Below are positions 22,840 to 33,900 of a stretch of 64,000 bases of DNA, piece after piece. The number at the start of each line of letters is the position of its first letter. Position 1 is the stretch's first letter. This DNA comes from Mantamonas sphyraenae STR306 (taxonomy: Eukaryota; Protista; CRuMs). Made by a program: the position numbers and the translations under genes. The notes beneath the pieces are model-generated. The model had not been told where the DNA came from, made no database searches, and saw only the letters and a program-made list of their open reading frames with translations. Where the stretch lies: contig JAPMXV010000051.1 of the NCBI GenBank assembly GCA_026936335.1, positions 124,001-188,000 of the forward strand. The letters run 5' to 3'.

Positions 22840-25356
22840 TCAATTCCCCCCCGCCGAATCCACCGCAGCCTCGTTCACCCAAAAATCCCTGTTGGCCTGA
22901 ATCTGATCGAGAATAATCGTGTGCTCGAGGAAAGTGCAGTACGTCTCGAACAAGGGCAGACACACAAAGTCCAAAAAGCCACACTGGGAGCGTGCCAACG
23001 AGGCGTTCTCGCGGTCCATAAAGGGACTGACGGGCAGGCCCATCTCCTTCTCCCGATCGCCCTGGGCATAAAACTCCTCGGTGATGGCCCTGGTCCAGAT
23101 CTTGTGCAGTTCCAGGGGTTTGCCTGCGTGGCCAATGTCGCTCACCTTGATGGCACACTTGAGCAGGAGGCGCCTGTCTGCGGTCTCGCCTGCATCAAAC
23201 CCAGTGTCTGCAGCCACCCTGGACTTGAACTGGCCCAGGATGTCAAAGTGTTTGGACATGTCTGTGGCCAACACCATGTCGATGACCACGTCCCGAAACA
23301 CCTTGCGATCGTCGCGGTTCATCCCGGTGAGGATGTTGTACCGATCCTCCTTCATCAGCATAAAGGACGACGCCGCATGGTGTTGCTCCAACACACTGAT
23401 GTCGTTGTAGCGGATGGCCAGGTCGGTGTGGGCGTTGATCTGAAACGCATTGTTCACTCCCGGATGGTCGTGGTCGTGCACAATGGCAGCCCACAGGGCC
23501 GCAAACACCTCCACCTCGGTCAGGTAGGCCGACAGCCCTGCGCTGGTGATGATGTAGTTTGTGTTCATCAGCACATCCGCCGCGTGCGTGTTGTTGTGGT
23601 ACGGGTTCTCCGGATGGTACCCCTCCTCGATCCGTTGGATCAACGCACGGAACTTGCCCACATCGATGCCAAACTTGGTGAACAGATTGTGGCGATGGAA
23701 CAGGTAGTTGGCCACAAAGAACAGCGGCCGTCCGTGTGTCAGCTCCTTCACCTCCAAGATGTTGAACGTCGCCCAGTTTTCAATCTCCTCCAACTGTTCG
23801 TTCAGTTTGGCCTCCTCCGCACTCGTGAGTGCCAACACGTTCTTTGACGACAGTGTGTGTGTGATGTCCTTGCTCGTCACACGCGGGTCCTCCGTCTCCA
23901 CCGCCTGTTCGTTCATCGACGACGACGCAAGCGTTGCCGCGTCCACCAGGTCGTCCGGGTTGTGGAATCGAATGCTTCCACTCTCCTTTTCCTTCTGGGC
24001 CAGTTCGTAGAACAGATACTCCTTCATGTCCTCGTCCAGGTCGATCTTCCCCTCCTTCACCTGCTTTGCAAAGTTCGGTGCCCAGATCGACTGCGTGTTC
24101 GACAGAATCCTCGACACAAGCTCCAAATCGTCTGCGTCTCCCTCGTTCAGTGCTATCCTCCCGCCTCTGTGTCAGTTCCCTCCTCCGTTGGCCTGCCCCC
24201 CCCACAAACTCACTGCCGCCGTTGCATTTCGCCAAAAAACGGCTACCTCCCCCCCCCGTTGCCTCCTTTTTGCCTCTTCCTCTCCCCTCCTGCCACATCC
24301 CTACCCTCCGACGCCACTCACCATTGGTCGCCTTGACCCGCCTGATGATCGACAGGACCTTTTCCACGGGTGCGTCCATGTCCACGGTGTTGCGCTTGTC
24401 TTGCTTGCGAAGCACGTCCAGCTTCCTCTTGAGACGGGCGTTCTCCTTGGCCACTGCACGGGATGCAAGGAAGGTCTGACGGCTGAGGTTTTCGGCCTGG
24501 TAGGCCTGGGACGAGTAGATGACGCCAGCACCCACAATCACAAACACAGCCACCATGCCCTTGTTCACCGTGGTGTAGCTCTGGGCCACAAACGTCGCCG
24601 TCGCGTACCACACCACCACCAGCACACTCACTGCCACTGCAGGGATCGCACGCACCTAATACACACCACACCCTCGCACGTGTCAGTGGAAATCCCCCCC
24701 CCTCTCTCTTCATCCGCCCTCTGCCTCCCCCTTCCTTCCAACTGCCGTCCGCGCAAAAAGCTTCCGTCGCCCGCCTTCTTCCCATGCAAACCCACCTTGA
24801 GAAAGGGAACCATGGCGCTCAGAATGACCAGGATGCCCGGAACGGTGATCAAATCGGTGGTGTTGCCCGACGGCAGTGTGCTGTGGATGAGCATGATGCA
24901 GCCCAGGGCCGAAAGCAGGGCGTTGGGAATCTGTGCGTTGCCCACGTACGACGGGTGGTACGTGAAAGCAAACGCAGCGAGAGCAGGCACCACAAAGCCA
25001 ATGATGGACAAGAGGAGCACCTGCGTCTGATGGGCCTCTGTCAACTCGTCGTTCATGACGATGTACAGAATCGACAGCAGCAGGTACAGAAACGCTGCCA
25101 CCACGTACGTCGTCTTCATCCCCTTGGCGTTGTGTCGCACGTAGTACTCCACAAACTCCTTCTCCAGGAATGGGTTTGAGTACCGCAGCGTAAACCGGTT
25201 GCTGCTCGTCTCTGTCGCCATCGTCGTCTCCGTGATGTTGCTAAACGCCCCGAAGCTTGTGATGGTCGAGTTGCTGTACTTCCTCGACCCCATGCCCCTT
25301 GGCGACGCAGATCCTCCCGCAGACCTGATTGATCCTGGGCGTGGCCTCAACGACAT
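22840..25356 (-). CDS. Class I cyclic-nucleotide phosphodiesterase with N-terminal multipass membrane domain; exons 25356-24796, 24655-24322, 24152-22840
   Basis: PDE motifs YHNNTHAADV, HDHDHPG, SVLEQHH, LATDMSKH, SDIGH, EFYAQGDRE, SQCGFLD. GT-AG introns at 24656-24795 and 24153-24321 join three ORFs in frame. About six hydrophobic helices in exons 1-2. Confidence 0.88.
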
Positions 25357-25471
25357 GTTGTTTTGGTTGTCTTGTGTCACGGTGCGCGGGATTCTTTCCC
25401 CGTTCATTGGCCCTGTGACGTCTTTGCCCCAAGTGCGCACCACACCATCACCCATCATCCATTCATTCCCT

Positions 25472-28400
25472 TCATTCCTCTTCCTCCTCCTCCTCCTCCT
25501 CCTTGGCCAACAACCCCACCTGACTGCCAACATGACTCTCAACATCCCCATCCCTCAACACCCCCTCCGCCTCTGCCGCCGTCGTCCCACCCACTTCTGT
25601 AGCCGCACTGCTTGTGCTGCTATCATCATCACCACCACTCTCCCCTTCCTCCCCTTCTTCTCCCTCTTCCCCCTCCTCTCCTTCCTCCCCCTCTCCTTCC
25701 TCCTTCTCCACAACCTCCAACTCTGCACGCAACTCCTCCACAAGCACCCCTCCTCCACTTCCTCCATCTCCACTGTCTGCTGGCGACCCTGCATCCATGG
25801 GCGACCCCAACACCTGTGCCTCCAACTCCCCATCCACCCCACTCAAATCCACCTCGCTCAACCATCCCTCCACACGCTGATCCTCCACCGTTTCCACATG
25901 ATGATGCTTCCTGCTGTGCCCGCTGTGATGCCGTCCATGCCCATGCCCATGTCCATGCTTGTGATGATGCCCATGCTTGTGATGATGCCTCTTGTGGTGT
26001 TCGCTTCCTGCCCCACTGCTCTCACCACCCTTGCTCTCGTGCCTGTGGTGGTGGTGATGGTGGTGGTGATGATGGTGCTTCCTCTCCTCCCCAGCCACTC
26101 CTTCTCCTTCTTCTCCTCCCGCGTGTTCTCTGTCCTCCTCCACTCCGCTCTCGCCACCCTTGCTCTCGTGCCTGCTGTGGTGATGGTGGTGATGATGATG
26201 CCCATGCTTGTGATGCCTGTGCTTTCCATGATGGTGCTTCTTCCTCGATCCACTCCCCGTCGTCCCACTGTGCCGCGACGCCTCTTCAAACGCTTCCAAA
26301 TCGCCCACGCTCAGCGTCGCACGCGTCAACGTCGGCGACAAAGCAACCGCCGCCGCCCCCTCCTCCTCCACCACCGCTCCAGTACCCACACCACCCTCTC
26401 CACTCCCACCTTCCTCCACGGCTGCGGCTGCTGCTGCTGTTGCACCCACCACGCCTGTGCCCTGTCCGCTCTCCTCTCCTGCCCCCTCCACAATCAACTC
26501 CACCATCTCCAACGCCTCGGCCATCTTGCCCCCCTCGTCCACCTCCTCCAACGAACCCAGACGTCCCACCATGGACAAACCACGCTCCCGTCCCTCACTG
26601 CCTTCCTCTCCATCCAGCGATCCCGCCACACTGCGTGTTGCCACACTCATCGCACGCTGTCGTCGCTGCCTGGAAATCCTCCTCCTCAGCTGCTGCTGTC
26701 GTCGCTCGTACGAGTGCACACTCATGTACGGGTTTGCCGCATGGTTGGCCACGTCAAACCGGTTCATGTTGGTCGTCGACAGGCCTCCACCCGACGCAAA
26801 GATCGAATCCAGCCTCGACAAATCCGAACTGCTCACTGCGGCCGCAAAGTCATCCACGCCCGCAGCCGTCCCCTCTCCACGTCGCTTGTACTTGCGCATC
26901 TTGCCTCCTCCACGTCCCAGCTCCGGCGTGGCCACCTCGCCAATGCCCCCAAAGACATTGGCACTGTGTGCCGCAGCCAACTCCACGTTGTCTCGCTCAC
27001 ACCACATGCCAGGCTCCAATTGGTCGCCTCCGTCCTGCGCACGCATCCGTTCGCCAAACTCCAGGGACTTTTGCCTGCGCAGCTGGATCATCTTGGGGTC
27101 CTTGATGATCTTCATCTGCACCTCCTCCATGTTGTCCTCGTCAAAGTCAAACCCGCTGCCAATGTACAGCTCACGGTGGGCCTGCATGTGCATGACATCC
27201 ACCAGGTCGTCCTCCGAGGGTCCCTGCCGCGTGAAAAAGGGCATCAGCACCTCCTGGTCCAGCTGCCGCCAGCGCATCTTCCACGTCGGCTCGTGAAGTC
27301 CCACAATCATCTGCAACGCAGGACCGTAGTACTCAAAGATCTTGGGAAACACATAGTCGGCCAGTTTCAGCTCTGTCTGCTCGCGCTGGATCGACCGCTG
27401 CACGTGCAGCCGCTCCAGGATGGGTTTGATGGTGGTGCCCTGCACAAACACGGTAAACAGCACCACACACAGCGTCACCGTGATCAGACTCTGCCTTGCC
27501 ACCATGTCTGCCGGGAGGATAAACGCAAGTGCAAAGGCAATGGCACCACGCAGGCCTCCGTAGGCCATGACAAACTGTTCAATCCAGGGGATCTTGCGCA
27601 GACGCTGCTTGTTGGCCACCCATGTCAGACCAGCCACACCCAACGCACGGTACACCAGTGTCAACACAATGGTCAGCACAATCAACGCCCAGTCGTACTC
27701 CCGCAGCTGCAGGATCGTCACAATGCCCAGGTACATAAACACAATCGTTTCCGCCGTGGCACTGAGCATCTTCAACAGGAACTTCACCGTCACCAGCGAA
27801 CGACGCGACAGATTGCCCTGTGTGTAGTGGGCCATCACCACACCACAGAACAGAATGGCCATGATGCCCGACAGATGGAAGATCTCTGCCACCACGTAGC
27901 TCAGGTACGCAAACGTGATGATGATCAGCGGCTCAATCACAGGCACATGTGCCGTAAACAGCGTCATGTACGCACTTGCAAGCCCAGACACAACCCCAAT
28001 CACTGTCCCTCCCAATGCCACAATCAGAAACTTCACCACTGCCAGCGCAAGCGTGGCCGAGCTCGTGTCTCCCGTGCTCCTCACGCTCTCAAACAGCCGG
28101 TACAGCACAATCGACACCGCATCGTTCAGCACACTCTCACCAAACACAAGGATGTTCAGCGTCTCGTTCACGTGCACCTCTTGAAAGATGCTCAGCACCT
28201 GTGTCCATCACGTGCAGTGTGTGTGTCAGTCGCCCGCCAATTTCCCCCATTCCCAGATTCGGCAACCAAACATGCGCCTCCCCCTCAAACTCACCGCAAC
28301 TGGGTCCACAGCTGAAATCAGACTGCCAAACAGCAGCGAGTCGATCAGCGTCAGCTGTGTAGCCACGCCTCCCGCCGCAGACATCCCGTACAGCGTCAAT

Positions 28401-29064
28401 CCTGTGTGTGTGTGTGTGTGTGTGTCAGCGATTGCATGAGCGCCTTTGGTCCGTCCGTCCGGAATCTCCGGACGCCTCTCGCCCCTTCTTCCAGCCCAGC
28501 CCGTGACCCCACCTGCTGCGCTACAACCTACCAATGGCAAACGTGTTGAACATGGTTCCGATCACTGCATACAGAATGATGCTGCCAAAGTTCAGAAAGA
28601 AGAACTGTGCCGGCAGAAAGAATCCTGTTCCCGCCGCGTTGTGCTTGTGGTCAGCCTCTTCCTCCTTCCCCCCTTCCCCCTCCCCCTCTCCCTCTCCCCC
28701 TCTCTCTGTGCTTACCTGCATCAAAGATGATCGGAGGGATCAAAATGAGAAAGAAGGTCTCGTTGTTAAAGGTGAACAATTGGGAGCTTGCTTCGTCTGC
28801 GCCGGCCTCTTGCACCAGGAGACCAATCAAGCCAAACACAAAGCCCACCAGAATCAACAAGGAGCTCTCTGGCACCGACTTGATGTCAATGTTGTGGAAA
28901 ATGACACGCAAGATCGTGGTCACCAGGATAAACACCAGGATCAGAAACAACGACTGCGTCAGCCCGTGGAAGTTGACTTCCACCAGCGACAGTGACGGAG
29001 AATGCCCTCCCTCTCCAGCAGCCACAGCATCGCCTCCACCCGAAAGTAGAACAGACAGTAGCAT
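25472..29064 (-). CDS. Na+/H+ exchanger (CPA1/NHE family) with long His- and Glu-rich C-terminal tail; exons 29064-28716, 28624-28532, 28401-28295, 28198-25472
   Basis: VPES, FFLILIPPIIFDAG, LFGSLISAVDPVAVL, VFGESVLNDAVSIVL, SGIMAIL, YGGLRGAIAFAL, VQGTTIKP. Three GT-AG introns (91, 130, 96 bp) restore the frame. Confidence 0.92.
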
Positions 29065-29251
29065 GGTCTCTCTGTGTGTTGTGTCTCGCTGTCTTCTTGC
29101 TCTTCTCGCTTTGGCTCCCACAGCGCAGCGCATCCCTCTCCTCCTCTCTCCTCCATACCCCCACCCCCCCCCCCCTCTCAACCCTTTCCTCCTCCTCCTC
29201 CCCTACCCCCACAGCCCCCTCCCCCTTTCCCCCACCAACCCAATCCCATCC

Positions 29252-30838
29252 ATGTCCTCCTCCAAAAAGCGACCCCGTTCCAACTCGGACGACTCCTACA
29301 CCCACTCCCCCTCCTCCCCCTCCTCCCCCTCCTCCTCCTCATCCTCCTCCTCCCCATCCCCTTCCACCCACGACACCAAACGCCAACGAACCACCCCCAC
29401 CGCCACCCACCGCCCATCCCGCTCCGCCGCTCTCCGCGCCCAACAATCCATCCGTGTGGCCATGCAACACGACATGTCCATGTATGGCACCTCTGCTGCC
29501 CATGAACTCCTTCGTCAACACCAGGAATCCCTCTCCCCTCCGCCCAAGCAACTCCCGCCAAAACCAGACGGCTCTCCTCCCCGCCCCGTCGTCCATCAAG
29601 CCCCGCAACCCAGCCTCATTGCAAATGTCTTTGGCTACCTTGGCTCCTGGTTTGGTGGTCCTCCATCCAACACCTCCTCCAACGACCAACCCGCCTCCTC
29701 CTCCTCGTCCTCGTCCTCGTCTTCCTCCCAAGCTGATCCTGATCCCAACCCTTCCTCCTCCTCCCCACCGTCCTCCCCACCGTCCTCCCCGTCCTCCTCC
29801 TCCCCTGCATCCTCTCCATCCCTCCCGCCTACCATCATCAACACATCCACCTCTCCATCACCTCCGCCTCCCTCCCCACCCCCACCCCCGTCCCCGTTCT
29901 CCATCCCACAATCCTTCTCCTGTGAAATCCCCTTCTCCGATCTCTCCCTCGGCCCCACCATTGGCTCCGGTGCCTTTGGCACTGTGAGAAAGGGTGAATG
30001 GTTTGGCTCCCCAGTGGCCGTCAAACTCCTCCTTCACATGCAACACCACGCCCCAGACAAACTCATCCTCCAGTTCCAACGCGAGGTTGCTCTCCTCGCA
30101 CGCCTCCGCCACCCAAACGTCGTCCTCTTTATGGGTGCCTGCACACAGCCCCCCAACCTTGCCATCGTCATGGAGTACATCCAACACGGCTCCCTCCACG
30201 ACCTCCTGTACATTGCCAACGGCAAAGCCATCACCACCTCTTCTTCCTCTTCCTCCTCCCCTCAGAAACTTCAACAGACAAACACCCAACCCTATGCAAA
30301 GGCCCTTGCCATTGCCGTCGACATCGCCCGTGGCCTCGTCTTTCTCCACGGAAACAAGATCATCCATCGCGACCTCAAACCCGCAAACCTCCTCGTCGCA
30401 GACAGCGGCCGCATCAAAATCACAGACTTTGGTGTCAGCCGCGAGGCCAGCGGCACCTCTTCCATGACCGGCTTTGTCGGCACCTGTGTCTACATGGCGC
30501 CGGAGCTGATCGATGGCGACTCACGCTACGACGCCTCCTGCGACCTCTACTCATTTGGTGTCATCCTCAACGAGCTCCTCTCTGGCGAAGCCCCCTACCC
30601 GCCCATGCACGCCCTCAAACTCGCTCTCAAGGTTCGTGCCGGAGCCCGCCCCAAGCTCGTCTCCAAACGCCGATGCCGCGACGATGACGTCCGCGCCCTC
30701 ATCCAGCAATGCTGGCACGACGACATCTCCCAACGGCCCACCAGTCTCGACGCACTCGCCGTCCTCAACACAGCTCTCGAAAACGACCAGCTCCGAAGGT
30801 CCAACAAGAGCAAGGGAAAGGCAAAGACCACACAGTAA
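29252..30838 (+). CDS. TKL (Raf/MAP3K-like) Ser/Thr protein kinase with S/P-rich N-terminus
   Basis: IGSGAFGTV, VAVK, FQREVALLARLRHPNVVLFMGAC, HRDLKPAN, DFG, GTCVYMAPE, DLYSFG, CW...RP. Start chosen at ATG 29252 (MSSSKKRPR). Confidence 0.9.
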   Translation: MSSSKKRPRSNSDDSYTHSPSSPSSPSSSSSSSSPSPSTHDTKRQRTTPTATHRPSRSAALRAQQSIRVAMQHDMSMYGTSAAHELLRQHQESLSPPPKQLPPKPDGSPPRPVVHQAPQPSLIANVFGYLGSWFGGPPSNTSSNDQPASSSSSSSSSSSQADPDPNPSSSSPPSSPPSSPSSSSPASSPSLPPTIINTSTSPSPPPPSPPPPPSPFSIPQSFSCEIPFSDLSLGPTIGSGAFGTVRKGEWFGSPVAVKLLLHMQHHAPDKLILQFQREVALLARLRHPNVVLFMGACTQPPNLAIVMEYIQHGSLHDLLYIANGKAITTSSSSSSSPQKLQQTNTQPYAKALAIAVDIARGLVFLHGNKIIHRDLKPANLLVADSGRIKITDFGVSREASGTSSMTGFVGTCVYMAPELIDGDSRYDASCDLYSFGVILNELLSGEAPYPPMHALKLALKVRAGARPKLVSKRRCRDDDVRALIQQCWHDDISQRPTSLDALAVLNTALENDQLRRSNKSKGKAKTTQ

Positions 30839-30904
30839 ATTTTGATTCACACCAAAATCCACACAACAAACCAAACACACACATTTGCATCTCAATCAAA
30901 ATTT

Positions 30905-33900
30905 TCACTGCACATAGTTGCTCGGCACAAACCCCTCCACGCCATCCTTCCTCCTCACTCTCGTCCACCCTTCATCATCATCTTTGGCCTCCCAGGCCAC
31001 CAGTTCCACGACATCGCCTTCCTCCACCTGCACCGTGTCCTCCTCTGCCCCATCGTACGCGAACAGCACCGTCACCTCCTCCGCCGTCACAGCAGGAGCA
31101 GGAGCTGCTTCACTCACTTCAGCTTCTTCCGGTTTGCTCCTCCTCCCTCCTCCTCCTCCTCCCCCTCCTCCTCTCCTCACCTCTGCCGCCCACCCCTTCT
31201 TCTCTTGGCCAACCCGACTCAAACTGCGCACCATCCCACCGCTCCCCTCACTTTCCACATCCTCCTCCACCACACCCACATGCATCATCTTCTCCACCTT
31301 TCCTTCATCCATCTGGTCAATCCTCTCTGTACGCAAACTCTGCGGCTGGATCCTTGCACGCGTCCCTTCCCGCTCCGGCCGCATGGAAAAGTCCTTCAAC
31401 TCCTCATCCAACGAGTCCAAATCCTGCTCATACTCCACCTGCTCACGCGTGCACATGGCCAACCACATCCCTTGCGACGCCTCGTGCGCACGCCGTGTTG
31501 CAAGCAGAAGCCGCTCCACCCACAGCTGGTCGTTCGGCCCGGGTTCCGACGAAAACAGAAACGCAAGCACCTGGTACCGTACGGGCGAGTACACCATCAT
31601 GCGCACATTGTCCACGCGCATGTGCGTCGTCTTCATGTCCTTCTGAAACTCCACAAAGTCGTGCAAGGCAAACACCGCCTCCAGGATCTCCGACTTGTAC
31701 TCTCCAAAATGGATCACCGCCTTGTTCAGCTTCTTGATGTGTTCCGGTGTCAGGAACGACCATGCCACCTCTTCAATCTCCAGGTTGTCCATGCGCACCA
31801 CTCGGTCCCTTTCCGGAATCTTGCCCGCAGACTCCAGCGCCACCAGCCTCTCCTCACGCGTTTTCTCCCGCCTGAACCGCGATCGCGATCGGATCGACCG
31901 CTTCTCCTGCACCACAAACAGCAACACCACACCAAACATACTCAGCAGCAGGGCAATCACAAGGTTGGACATGATCTCCACCGTCGTCGATTCCAATCCC
32001 TCCGCAAGGAACGCCACACCCAGCACCATCACAAAAAAGTTCAGGATGAGCATGGACAGGGACATGACGTTGTGGTACCGATACCTGTACGGGCCCGCAT
32101 GCACTTGCAACAGACACGAGGCAAGCAACACCACCTGCCCGCTGATCCCCTGCACCACCCCGCTGCCCACAAAGAACACCTTGATGGCAATGAATCCTGC
32201 CTTGCGCAGCAGGTTCACAACCTCGTACCAGTACCACTCGGCACGGTAGCGGTCGTACAGCACACCAAACGTGTTGAGGTTCTCCTCGTTGGCCAGCTGG
32301 AACCGGTGCTTGTACAGCAGGACAAGGAACACCAACGGCGTGCCCACCACCCACAGCACAAGCGACGCAATGGCCCAGTACACCAGTTCCATGTGTTCTG
32401 GCGTCCAACATCCAATGTCCGGCGACGCAATCAGCACCAACTCGTCGCCCAGCTCGCTGCAAGCAAACATTTCCACCGTCTTGTTGGTCAGCATGATGTA
32501 CATCAACGAGGACATGAGCAGGTACGCATTCACCGTCGAGCGTGCCACCTCACGGTACTCCTGCGGCTCCGTAAACAGGGTGCTCACTGCATACCGCCAC
32601 TCGTCCAACTGCCGCAACACACGTGCACGCAGCTCGTGTGGCTTCACAGACGATGGGATGCGGCAAAACTCGGGATGATCCACACGGAAGCGTTGGCCGT
32701 ACCGCGACGCCCACCAGCTGCGCAGACATTCCAGCAGAAACAACACCAACATGACACCGGCCACAATGAATGGCATCAGCATAAACAGCACATACTTGGT
32801 CGAATACGTCACCCCGTTCACGTTGCACTCCGGGGCCGCAATGTCGATGTTCAGGTTGAAAATCGTCAGCAGCGAGAACCAAGCAAGCACCTCTTCCGGC
32901 CAGCGCAGCTGAAAGTCACCCATCAGTGCTGTCATCTGCAGCAGCGCAAGACCCATGGCCAGAGTGCCTGCACTGCGACGTACGCCCAGCTTGCGTACCA
33001 CCAGAAGGAAGCCCAGAAACAGGATGACGGAAAAGATCAGATTCAGCGACGAGTTGGCTGGGCACTCCACGCAAATGTTGTTCAACTTGTAGTAGCCCTG
33101 TTTGCATGTCGAACACAACCGACCCTGGTAGCCCTCTGCACACCCTTGTGTGCCTCCCAAACATGCCACAGACACGGTGCATCGCGCAAACGCAAAATCC
33201 TGACCCGAGTTCCAAAAGCCCGGCTTGGCCACAGGCGCCACCAGCTGGCCCTGGCACTCGGCCCCCTTGGGACACACCGTACATGCCTTGCCCGCATCCC
33301 CGTTGGGTTCGTAGAAGCCACTCTTGCAACCGCAATCCTCCAGGCGTCGGCTGTTGGTTGCGCTCAGCGTGTTCTCGGGACACGGTTGCACCGTCGCGCT
33401 CCCTGGGCCGCAGTACGTGTCCGACGGGCAGTTGATGCAAATGCCATCGCCTGCAGCTGCCTTGAATGTGCCTGCCTCACACGGCGAGCACTGCTGGCTC
33501 ACGTCACCGTCGGGCAGGAACGAACCTGCACGGCACGGCTCGAAAAAGTTGAACACGGCCGGCTCTGAAAACTGCTGGCCATTCAGCGCCACACGTACGT
33601 CCATCAAGCCGGAAGTGCGGTTAAACACAGGCAAGGTGGCCACCAGCTGGCCCGAGTTGATGTACAGGCCATCCACAAGTTCCCAGGCGCCGTGAAGCGT
33701 GGCGTTGAGCTTGATCTCGTTGGTGGGGAAAAACGGCCCACCAAACACAGCCACAATGGGCACACTGGTGGTGGGAGCACCTGCGGGCGTCAATGTGCTC
33801 ACTTCCACCTGAGCCAACAGGGTGAATGACACCGAGGAGAAGGGCACTCCGTTCACGTCAGCCACAGGGTTCCACGATCCGTCGTACTCACCCGACCAGT

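Noticed and set aside
25199-28315. 1038-aa plus-strand ORF, and similar antisense ORFs at 19539, 30842, 38655, 43636, 52370 and 54613
   Set aside because: Antisense shadows of well-supported genes in GC-rich, codon-biased DNA.
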